DNA of 47,955 nucleotides from Reclinomonas americana ATCC 50394 (taxonomy: Eukaryota). The notes below the pieces were generated by a model. That model saw nothing but the letters and a program-made list of their open reading frames with translations. It made no database searches and had not been told where the DNA came from. The position numbers and the translations under genes are program-made. Location: contig PS015599.1 in NCBI GenBank assembly GCA_048213135.1, forward strand, positions 1 to 47,955, read 5' to 3'. This document shows positions 12,159 through 24,085 of the stretch, in pieces. Every line of letters starts with the position of its first letter. Within the stretch, counting starts at the first letter, position 1.

Positions 12159-13276
12159 ATGAGCGCAGAGGTTGAGGTGCCTGTGGACGAGTGCAACGCA
12201 GTGGTGTCGCGGTGGGCGCGCGCCCCCGGCTTCACTGCACACGTGACGACTGGTGTTCCGGGAGTGGTGCGCATCGAGGGCCAGCTGCGCCTGCGCGATG
12301 GCGACCGAGTCAAGGAGCTCACACTGATTGAGTCAGTGTCCGCCCCCGCAGAGGCCGACCTTGCGCTCCTCCAGCGCTTGCAGGCGGGTGAGAGGCCGTC
12401 AGAGGAGCTGATGAACGATCCCACTGCCATGCAGCGCATGCAGGCAGCAGGTGTGTGTGTCTCTGTGTGTGAGAGACACGCGTCCAGTGGTGTCTCTCTG
12501 ACAATGTGCGCAGTCAAGTGGCAGGCGGTGTGCCAGTCGGTGGAGTTGGACCCGAAGACTGTGAGTGGCGACGACGCGAGTGCGCCCGAGTCGGTGCGTG
12601 TGACGCACTTTATGAGCAAGTTCAAGGTTCCGGGAGAGGACGATGGACACCACCACCACCACCATCATCACGACCACGAGCATGGAGAGCACTGTGACCA
12701 CGAGCACGAGCATGAGCACGAGCACGAGGGAGAGCATGTGCACGGCGAGCATTGCCATCACGAGGAGGAGGATCCGGACGATAAGGTCGAGGTCGTGGTG
12801 CGCTTCAAGAACGGGGAGGAGAAGGTGCTGCCGCCGTCGGCGTACGAGCACGACGATCATGCATGTGCACATGGGCACGCGCATCACCATCCGCCGATGA
12901 TGGCCGTCTTCATGCCGCTGTACCAGTGCGTCTTGTTCTCCACTTGGCACAAAAAGCTCTGGCATAGCTGATCAGTGTTGTTGAATGCAGGGTGCTGGCG
13001 GTGATGACGCCGCTGCTGACGGTGCGCCGTGTGCTGCGCGACTCGGAGGTGGCGCTGCGTGCGCCCGAGGGCCCGGAGGAGAGTCGCCTCGACACTCCCG
13101 GCAACACGACGGCAGTGTACGACATGGTGGGCAAGGCCGGCGATCTGCAGGCGGCGTACTTTATGGTGGATCGCACCGATCGGCAGCTCCGCGGCACGCT
13201 CATTCGTCTCACGGAGGAGTACGGCCAGCTGGCCATGCTGCCGACGCGTATGCGCGATGTGGTGTTGATGGAATAG
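12159..13276 (+). CDS. Hypothetical protein with an internal His/Glu/Cys-rich putative metal-binding tract
   Basis: Three exons with GT-AG introns at 12451-12513 and 12926-12990. Contains [41 protein letters not shown] and [14 protein letters not shown]. Stop TAG at 13274-13276. Confidence 0.8.
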
Positions 13277-13350
13277 AGACAGAGATGGAAGGAGAAGGAG
13301 AAGCCCACCATGAATCACTGTAATGTGTGCGTGCGACGTACACCACGCCA

Positions 13351-14218
13351 TCACTCTGCCGGCTTCTGCGAGGCGTCGAATCCCAATTGTCGCATGCGCA
13401 CAGCAGCCTCGAACAGGTAATCGTAGCACTCGGCGTGCGTCTTGGCCTGCATGCACACAATGAGTCGCAACAACACGCCGTCCTCGCTCGCTTGCCACGC
13501 TTGCGCACCTGGATCCAGTCCTTGCCCCAAATGTACACACCATGCCGCCTCACCAGCACCGCATACGACTGCGGGTACTTGTCAATGGCCGCGCCCAGCG
13601 AGTCCGCCAGCTCATGCTCATACGCCGTGTTTTCGATGATCGGCACCACCAGCGTATCGTGATAGCCGTGCCCCGCAATGCCCTTGATCATCTCCAAGTG
13701 CGTCACGCGGAACTCGTCCTCAAACAGCAGCGTGGCCAACACCGCGTTCAGCGAGTGCGAGTGCACCACCGCACCTGCGCCACGCTTGTTGTACGCGTGC
13801 AGGAAGAGCGGTGTGCACGCCGATGGTCGCAGACACGGGTTACCAGCAGGCGCAGCCAGCACGTCACCCGAAGGGTTCACCTGCGCGCCGCAACTCAGCA
13901 TACAACTAACTGCAGCAGTGGCTCTCCCGCGCGCATTTTTGTTACCTCAAACATATCCTGCGGCTCAATGCGCTCCTTTTGCACACCCGAGGGTGCCACC
14001 AAGATGCGCTGCTCTGCCAATCGAATGCTCATGCCTCCGCCAGTCCCCGAGGCCCATCCCTGTTTGCACATGCAGAGAGTTGAGCAGTGACAACTTGAAA
14101 CACACGCTCACACAGAGACACGTACCTTGTCGTAGAAGATGCGGCACAGCTCGCAGATGCGCTCACGTGCCTCTTGTTCTGTGCCATCATAGGCCACAGC
14201 GGGCGCGGAAGAAGCCAT
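13351..14218 (-). CDS. APIP: Methylthioribulose-1-phosphate dehydratase (methionine salvage; MtnB/MDE1/APIP)
   Basis: Four exons giving [30 protein letters not shown]..|..[46 protein letters not shown]..|[13 protein letters not shown], a class II aldolase-fold protein with the Zn-binding histidines. Confidence 0.96.
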
Positions 14219-14296
14219 GTGTGATTTGGTTGGATTCCATCGTCTGCTTCGGTCGACGGAAGGCGCTCTCACTTAAACTTCTGCGTGGTTTCAGCA
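14219..14296. promoter_or_regulatory. Very short divergent (bidirectional) promoter region between APIP and RPL14
   Basis: Only 78 bp separate the two inferred start codons on opposite strands. Confidence 0.55.
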
Positions 14297-15382
<1,086 letters not shown>

Positions 15383-15551
15383 AACTACTGCTGATTCTGG
15401 CATGTGTGTCGGTGCTCTGATGCGCGTGTCAGTGTTTGCTGAAGAGGGAAGTGAGAGTACAGCTGCGCTTGTTCCACGCAAATGAACAGGAAATTCACAG
15501 AAACCCCCAGCACGCAGCACCCCCCTCGTCTGTCTCTTTTCCTCACTCATT

Positions 15552-17025
15552 TTACTCCTGCGCTGTCAGCACCTGCTCTTCCCCCCGCTCTTCCCTCTTC
15601 TGTTCCTCCTCCTCGTCCATCTGTCGGTGGAACTGGCGCACGCAGGCGTCCTCGAGCAGAAAGCAGCGCAGCACAATGGTCACCAGGGGCGGCATCCTGT
15701 TGCCGCCGCAGCACTCATCGTCAAAGTCGGCATCCTCCTCCTCTTCTTCTTCCCGCAACTCTTCGACGGCGTCGACCGCCTCTGCCACTGCGCGACACTC
15801 GAGCAGTGCGCCCCACGACGGCAGCCGCAGACACCACAGACGGGCGGTGCCGTCGGAGGAGGCACTCAGCAGTCGGCCGTCGTTGGCCACCACCAAATCG
15901 TTCACTGGCGCGGTGTGGCCACGCACTCGCGCCACTTCCCTCGCTGTCACCGCCGCCACTGCGTTTCCCGTGGCCATTGAGCGTAGTGCCAGCACTCGCA
16001 AGGAGAGATCTGTGCGTTCTTGGCAGTGAGCCGGCTGATACTGGGACCAAAGCATAGCAAGACGACTGATTACATCGATACAAACCGGCTGACGCGCACA
16101 CTAGATGGCGACCGAAATCGAAGCCCGACCAGGCGACGGTCTGGAGCGAACCACCGCACACGCGAATGCACGCCAGCGACACTCCGCCGTCAGCCATCGA
16201 CCACAGACGGAGAATGCCGTCTCGTGCGCCACTGGCCACCAGTTCGCCACTGGGACACACCGCCACAGTCGTGACGGCTTCGTCGTGCCCTCGCAGCTCC
16301 ATGAGCGGCGCACCGTCGCCACATCCCATGTGCCACACGCGCACCGTGTGGTCGAATGAGCCGCTGACAAACACGTGTGGGTCGGCTGGCGACGTGGCCA
16401 CGGTGCTCACCATTCGCTGGTGTCCGTGCAGCGATCGCACGAGGGCGCCACCGTCGGCCAGCCACAGACACACGGTTTCGTCGACCGAGCCGCTCACCAG
16501 CACGGCGCCGTCGCTGGACAGCGCCAACGCACTGACAGCCGCCGTGTGCCCGAACGCACGCCACAGCTGGCTGCCACTGGCCACATCCCACTTGCAAATG
16601 GTGCAGTCGCTCGAGGCACTCCACAGGAAGCGCGAACACGAACTGAACACAACACTGGTCACGTCGCGCGAATGACCACGCAGTTGTTGTTGCTGCTGGT
16701 GCAACAGCGGCAGCGGTTTGCCGGAGCGCGTGTCGCACAGCACAATTGTGCCGTTGCCGGCACCGACAGCCGCCAGTCGACAGTCGGCACTGCATGCGAT
16801 GCTGCACTGCCGCGAACGGGCCATTGGCGACACCGGCGCCGACAACTCCAGTCGACACATCTCGTCGGGGGCATGGCCAAGGAGGTGATGCTGCGACGGG
16901 AGCGAAGCCGAGGCCAGCAGTTCGCCGACCAGGTGCATGGCCGCGTTGCTGGCAGTGGACAGGCGCACGGACGCGCCAATATCGAACGGAACGCTCGTAC
17001 GGTCACGTGCACTGGCGAATGCCAT
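15552..17025 (-). CDS. WD40-repeat protein with a C-terminal helical extension (paralogue 1)
   Basis: Repeated GH...V..V..S.....SGS.D.TV.(L/V)W units and one intron at ~16020-16086. The C-terminus reads ALLECRAVAEAV...IVLRCFLLEDACVRQFHR. Confidence 0.88.
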
Positions 17026-17212
17026 GACGCAAGCCCACACACGCACACGCTCGCACGTGCACACTCACTCACTCACGCACTTGGCGTGACAACGACGAAG
17101 AAAGCAAGTGGTAGTCCGAGGACAAAACCAACTCCTTGTCGACGTTGCGAAATGCACCACGTCAGTTGGAGGTGACCGTCCAAGCGAGGTGGATGTCGAG
17201 CCAGGAGGCGAC

Positions 17213-17689
17213 TCACAAGTGCAAGCCGGGACCAGAGAAGCACCGATGCAGCACGACCTCGGCCTCCTCCACGATGAAACAGCGGAGCACGAGCTCCGGC
17301 AGACACCGCGAATCATGCAAGTCCTTCGCCACCTCTTTTACAGCATGCATGGCTTGCTGTGCGCAAAAAAGCTCTGCGTGCGCGAGACCAGCGGGCGTGG
17401 ACCACACCCGCACAATCGCATCCCAGCTCCCAGNNNNNNNNNNNNNNNNNNNNNNNNNNNNNNNNNNNNNNNNNNNGGGAGTGATGGCGACAGTCCACAC
17501 CGCACACCCGTGCGACTGCAAACGACGCACGGGCGTTCTACTCGCCGCCAGCGACCACACGAAAATCGTGTTGTCTCCGCCACCGCCGCTCACAATGTGT
17601 GCGCCGTCGGGGGAGACAGCAACTGCGTGAGCCACATTCGTGTGGCCTTGGAGGCGCTTGCAGAGGAAGAGAGGTGGTGCTGATGACAT
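17213..17689 (-). CDS. Short WD40-repeat protein with a related C-terminal extension (paralogue 2), interrupted by an N-gap
   Basis: LQGHTNVAHAVAVSPDGAHIVSGGGGDNTIFVW...GSWDAIVRVW, then AELFCAQQAMHAV...LVLRCFIVEEAEVVLHR. The gap at 17434-17476 may hide more repeats. Confidence 0.75.
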   Translation of the reverse strand: MSSAPPLFLCKRLQGHTNVAHAVAVSPDGAHIVSGGGGDNTIFVWSLAASRTPVRRLQSHGCAVWTVAITPXXXXXXXXXXXXXXXGSWDAIVRVWSTPAGLAHAELFCAQQAMHAVKEVAKDLHDSRCLPELVLRCFIVEEAEVVLHRCFSGPGLHL

Positions 17690-18375
17690 GGCGGTCAACA
17701 GAAGAGGAAAGAGATGACAGCAGGACTCGAAGTCAGTCTGTCGCAGCATGCTGCACTGTCTCGGTGGGGAGGTGTGAATGCACTTACACGTGGACACTCT
17801 CTTGCAGCTTGATCACACAACACAGAGCAGCAGCAGAAGGATGAGAACGCACATCTGACGCATTGGTTATTACTGCGTCTCCTCACCTCAGGCCCGCAGC
17901 TGCAAAGCATCATCTCTGACTGTCGGGCAATCGTGAAGGTCGATCTGCATTGTGGAGCGACAACTCACTGCACATAATGCAAATAGGTGTCGACGATATC
18001 GATCTTACAATCGTACACTTCCGCTACATTCGCCAGCGGTCCTTCCCCACGCTCTCCCTCTTTCATACATACACACGTACACCAAGAACACCTACAACAC
18101 ATATACAAAGACGACCAAAAAACAGAGCGGCAGGACCCGCAGCAGAGGCTGAAATGATTACAGAGGAAAAACTCACAACACTTGTACACAGACACTTTAC
18201 AAACACTAACACAACAATCGCAAGCGCGAGAAATCTCGTGGCCACAGAGCAGACACACGCCAAGGGAGCGGGAGGCAAAAGGAAAGCACAAAAATATATC
18301 AGAGGTACTGTACACCGCTCCGGATCCGTCCCACCACCACCCCATCACCACCACCACCGTATCATTTCCAGCCGA

Positions 18376-19760
18376 TCAAGGCACCGAGCTGTTGGTTTGC
18401 TCCTGTACAATCTGCTCCAGCATCCTCATCATGGCGTCGGCGGACACGTGCTACACACGGCGCAGCGGTGTTCAGTGTATCAATCCGAACAGGAGTACAA
18501 CAACACACACACACCACAGTGCCACCGCCGTCGGCCGCCGCGCGCGCCGCCGCTGCTTGCCCGGCCACGTACTGCATCGGCACGGCAGTCCACGCACCAC
18601 CAGAGGAGCGATCGGGGTATCCTGTGCGCCCCAGACACTCAGTAAATGACAGTCGGTGATGGCGGGCTGCGACGATCGCGACGCACCATTCAGTCCCGGA
18701 GTCGACGGTGGTGTATTCATGCCACTCAGGCGCGGCGTGCTGCGATCAAACGAGCCCTGCGACGACACCGCGTCGGTGTTGAGCTCCGTCGACGGCGTGG
18801 GCGTTGTGGTGCCGGTGCCTGCGGCTGCCGCCGCCCCGATCCCTGTCTGGAAACCACACATGTCACTGTCGCCCGCCGACACAAGCACGCTGTAGCCACT
18901 GGCACCGGCACCGGCCGTCGAGGACTCCGTGTTGGCCGCGGGCGGGCCTCTCTTGAACGCACGCACTCCTCCTCCGGATCCACCACCCCCCGCGGTTGCC
19001 GCACCCGACGACGAGCCCACCATGCCGAGCTTGCCTCCTATCGCGTTATCCAGCTCTGGGTTCGAGGTGGACGTCCGCATGCCTCGCGACGGCCCATCCG
19101 ACGACAGCGAGTGTCCGTGTGATCGTCGTGATCGCATGAGCGCGCCCGATGCCGCCGCCGCCGCCGTCGGCGAATCATCCTCTTGCATACATTCACAGTC
19201 GCTTTCATCACCCATGGCGACAATCTCCATAACAGCCTCCGCAGGTCCATCATCGCCCTCCGCAAGGTCGACTTGCCCACTGGCAATGGCGGCGAATTGC
19301 GCGTGCACTTTGAGAATGCGCGTGATCGTGAGTGACTTTGACACACCAGCACCAACACAAAACAAGCATGCCCGCAACTGTCTTCTTGTTGCTCTGTGCG
19401 GGGGGAGGATGTGATGACACGTGTGATTGTGTGAGTGTGTGCGGGTTAATACGCGGCCGTGTTGTCGTCATAAATGGAAAAAACACTGCTCACCAGAGTT
19501 CTTGCGTACCAGCTGTGTGTGCGGACGACGGAGAGTGAGCGAGAGAGTGAGTGCGAGAATGCTCACTGACGGATGGGTGTCGCTGTGTGTATGAGTGGTG
19601 TGTGTTCGCGCGTGTGTGTGCGAGAGTGTCTTTTCACGGAGATACAGGATGGTCGGTGTCGTGTGTCTCGCGCGTGTTGTGTACGTCGAATATTTGCACC
19701 CTCACTCTCTTCCAGTGTGTGGAGGCACGTGCCACTCACCTGTCGATGAAGTGAACTCAT
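18376..19760 (-). CDS. Hypothetical Ser/Gly/Ala-rich, probably disordered protein
   Basis: Phase-consistent exons MSSLHRQ|LVRKNS|EQQED|MHAQFAAIASG...GLN|GYPDRS...GTV|HVSADAMMRMLEQIVQEQTNSSVP*. No family recognised. Confidence 0.6.
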
Positions 19761-19927
19761 GATGACAATCTCTCACTCTCTTCCTCTCCCACGATGATGT
19801 AAAAGTGTGTCTCACCCAACGAAACAGACAGATTTCCGGAATGCATGTTTTTTCACTTCTTTTTTGTTACAGTTGAAGCTAATCTACAGAAGATGGAGCA
19901 GGAGGAACAGCTGAATGTGCGTGAATC

Positions 19928-22900
19928 TCATGTGGGCGACGACTGCGACTGCACAAACGAACACAGCGAGTTCAGCACGATTGGTTGTGATATCGCATTG
20001 GCTACTGACTGCCCAAGAAACAGACAAACCAGCATGGAGAGCGCATCGGCGGGTGTGCCAAGCTCGCGTCGCATAATGTAGGAAGCGAGTGGCTCCTGTC
20101 CACTCTTCTTGCGCTGCGAGTGCACTCAACGTGTGTGTGAGAGAGAAACAGACAAATCAGACAAGTAGACAGCAACACGCAACAATCATGGGCTCGCCGT
20201 CGATCAGGCGCAGCTTCAGCTCTCGGTCGCCCATGTAGACACCTGGGCGCAACCGTGTAAACTGCAGTCGCGTCGGCTGAAGCGTGCGCACCACCTAACA
20301 ACAACAGGGAATCGACGCACGTTAGCAGCTATTCACGAACCCACCCCCGCTACCGCACACACACCTCTGACACGGCCACGTCCAGCGGATCGGACGGGTC
20401 CGCAGCCTGGTACAACCTTGGTGGCGAGTGTGGTGACGGCGGTGAGAAGCGCGTGGGTGGCGACAGGACGGCGGGAGCGGTGGGTCGCGTGTCGGGATCA
20501 CTGACGGGCGACGCTCCGTTGCCTTCGGCAGCCATCACGCGCTGCACCGACGGAGGCGACGACTGCGTGCGACCTGATGTGGCGCCTCCGGTGGAGGTAG
20601 GTGGCGACTGCGCCTTGCCGGCGGACAGCGGAGCGGCACCAGGCGACATGGTCGACATTTGAGCATTCACCTCCTGCACAAATGTCAGTAACTTGTCGAC
20701 GCAAATACATGCGAGCGTGCGTCGCACCTGGAAGAGACGGCGCACAGTACTCTGTGCCGCTTGCAGTTCCTTCGTTACGACGCCGTATTGCAGCTCCAGC
20801 GCGACCCTGCAGTACGTACGGTCAGTACCATCCACAGTTGCTCTCTTCACACATGCACACACACGCAACGTTCTTTCGCGCAGAGCCTTGACCTCGGCAA
20901 GCGCGCTGTCGCGGGTCGACTCGGCTTCCGACGTGGTTTGCCGAATGTCCGTCAGCAGCATGTCGGACTGCGAGTGTGTCAATACGAAAAGCAGCGACGT
21001 GCGAGTGGAGTGAGATGCATGCGCGTACCTCGTGCACCAGAGATGAAAGCTGATCGCGCTCGGAACGGGTGCGCGTCAGCTCGTCCACAGTGGCCGCCAG
21101 CTGTTCGCGTGCTGTGGCCAGCTCCTGGTGCGCAGCCTTGAGTGCCTCGTCGCGTGTCTTGAAGGTGTTTTCTAGCTCGCCAGCGCGCTTGGTGGCCTAC
21201 ACGATGCGTTTTTCAACTGAATGAGCACCTCGCAGCAGTGCGACGAGACAACAAGTAACCGACCTGATCCGCCTGGTCCTTCAGCGCACTCTCCTGGTCT
21301 CTGTAGGCCTGTGCGGTGAACTCGAGTTGCTTGATTAGCAGCTGCGTGGTGCTCTCGGTCAGTGATTCGCACGTGAGTTGGTAAGCATGTGTGATAATCG
21401 CGCACCTTGGTGGCCCTCAGCTCGTCGTGCACCGAGTCGATGCGACCTTCAGCGGCCACACGGCGCTCAGTGGCCTCACGTAACCGATCTTGCAGGATCA
21501 GGCACTGCTCCTGCGAGTGGCGCAACTCCGCGGACCGTTCCTGTGATCGTGTTAATGAGTGGAGAAGTAATATAGTGACAGGAGACGGGGAGCAAAGGGC
21601 CCACCTCCAGCTGCTTGCTGGCGATTAACCGCCGTTTCTCGCGGTCATCCAGTTCACGCTGCAGCTCGGACAATGTCGTCTGCGCGCCGAGAGACCCCAG
21701 TTCAGCAGAGAGCTCAGTACGGCGCGATGCGAACCCACTGACCTCTGTGCGCGAAGTGACCTCGGCAGTACCGGAGCGCAGCTCGGTGATGAGGCGATCG
21801 CGCTGGTCGATCTGATCGGTCAGCTGCGCCAGCATGACCTCGTTCTCGCGCCTTGCGCCAGCGATTTCCTGCCACAGTGGTGTTGAGAAAGAGAATGCCG
21901 TGGAGTCACAGATCAGCAACAGAGTCACGAAACAGCAGTGAGGCGTTGGACTTCATCCGCATGGCTCTGCGGGAAGCAAAGGTGAGCAGATGATGTGACA
22001 ACACAGCACGTCAACTCGCGGCAGGTACCTTGTCGGATTCTTGTTGCTGCAGGGAGAAGCGACAACAAGGTCAGCCAACTGCGAGCACGACTGATGTGAG
22101 AGCAACAACAACGCACCAGTCGCGCACGAGTCTCCAACATCTTCTCTAGCTGCGCGACACGAACGACCTATTCCGACGGGGGGTCAGCAACGCAGTGCAA
22201 GCACTTGACGCAGGGAGGAAGAGTGAAAGCACACACCGAGACACGAGCTTGAGCACGAGCGTCGTCCAGCTCCTTGGCTCGCGACTGCATGTGTATGTGT
22301 GAGTGAGCGCTGTCATCGTGCAAACTAGCGTCTGCGTTTCGTGGATACCTCCACCGAGCCAGCCTGCGACAGGTTGGTGAGGACACGAAAAGACAACAAG
22401 GGTAGCGACGACCATCAACACACCTCAGACGCTGGCGCCTGCTGTGCCTGAGGGTTGCCATGCGCGGTGATGAGTTCGACTAAACACCTCGCTGTCAACA
22501 AATTAGGGAGGACACTCACTTGCTGCATCTCTTCCAGTCTGGCGTTGAGATCGACAATGGTGGCATCACGGGCCTGCAAGAAACAAAGTGAATCCCACTT
22601 GTCTCCGGCAGTGATAATCAAAGGTGAGAACGCAACAGCCAGCTCGCCCTCCACGCGCACGGCGTTTTCCTCCAGCGACTTCGTAGATTGTAACAAGCAT
22701 GCGTGAGGGACGTGAGTGCATGGACACCAATACGCGGTGCGCACACACCTTTCGGTGTTCGCGAAGCTGCTCCAGTTGCTGTAATTGAGTCTGTAGCTCG
22801 TCGTGAGGACAACACCACCTGGAAGAGGGATAGCAAGTCAATTCTTGCCGCCACATACCGCATTCTCCTCGCCAAGGCGCACGACCTCCGATCGCTTCGA

Positions 22901-23916
22901 AAACACACACACACACATACATAATGTCAGCCTACATGCAGGAGATCACACAGGCCCATAACACAGTGGCAGACCAGATGACCGGCTGCGACCTCCAGTT
23001 GACTCTGCGTTTCGACAATGTAAGTATCACTGACGGATCCAGCACCAACTCCATCACGCATAAACTTGCCTCTCGCGAACGGCTCCTCTCCGCCACCTTT
23101 TCCAGCTGCGCGATACGCACAGCCTTCTCGGCTTGCGAGCGTGACTGCGCAGGACCACAGTGAGGACACGTGAGAGCCCGCAAGAGCGGCGACAAGACTG
23201 TGAATACCTGGTCTGCCAGCGTTGCTCGCAGCTCCGCAACCTCCAGGTCTCGTGCCTGTCGCGCACTCAGACAACGAGTCGACCATACGGAAAAAGAGGG
23301 GCGACTGCACACTACGCAACTCGCAACAGCGTGGCCGAGAGCGCGAGCTCGCGCTCACGATCCGATAGCCGCTTGCGCACGTCCTCGGCCATAACAGGGA
23401 CTGGTGAAGCGGCCTTTGGAATGTAATCGACAGTGGGCTCTGGAGGACGGCCCGACTGCGCGAAGCAGAGTGTCACACGCGCACGCACGCACAAATACAT
23501 ACAAATGATGCCACGGACGACACTTACCGGTGTACGGAACGCCGACTTGGCGGCTGCTAGTGGTGGTACATTCCGGGGCGACGATTCCTACAATATACTT
23601 CTGCTTCAGACTTTGCCGACATGGACATGCACACACACAGATGAACACGCACCACACTCGACATTTCCGTCGTCATCGATGCGGCATCGAGCTGTCATCG
23701 CGCAGAGGCGCACAAGTGAGCGTTACCGTGGGTGTGCGGCGGCGACGCTGGCTTCTCACCTCAAAGTCCAAGTCGACAGTCGTGTGCTCATCTGTCGCGG
23801 CAACAATGATGAGTGTGTGCTTGTGTGGTCGGCAGCAGCAGCAAGAGAAAAGCTCACCACGCCACGTTCGCCACGATCCACGCTTCGTCTTTGTCCGCTG
23901 CGGCACGTACAGCACA
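19928..23916 (-). CDS. Long coiled-coil protein with a C-terminal GAS2-like (microtubule-binding) domain; 5' end uncertain
   Basis: Many heptad-rich exons, e.g. EVMLAQLTDQIDQRDRLITELR. The C-terminus DPLDVAVSE|VVRTLQPTRLQFTRLRPGVYMGDRELKLRLIDGEPMI|RKKSGQEPLASYIMR follows the GAS2 pattern D.LD..V...F.R...G.Y....LR...G..M.R..G...L..Y. Stop TGA at 19928-19930. Confidence 0.7.
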
Positions 23917-24015
23917 CTGCGCGAGGCACACAAAAGAAAATCCACCGAGGCAAGAGCCACACACAAAAAACATTAACAGGCAAGTGTATTGACAAGGGCA
24001 ACACATAAACAAATA

Positions 24016-24051
<36 letters not shown>

Positions 24052-24085
24052 GTGCACATACAAACACATGCAAATGGCAGGCAAA

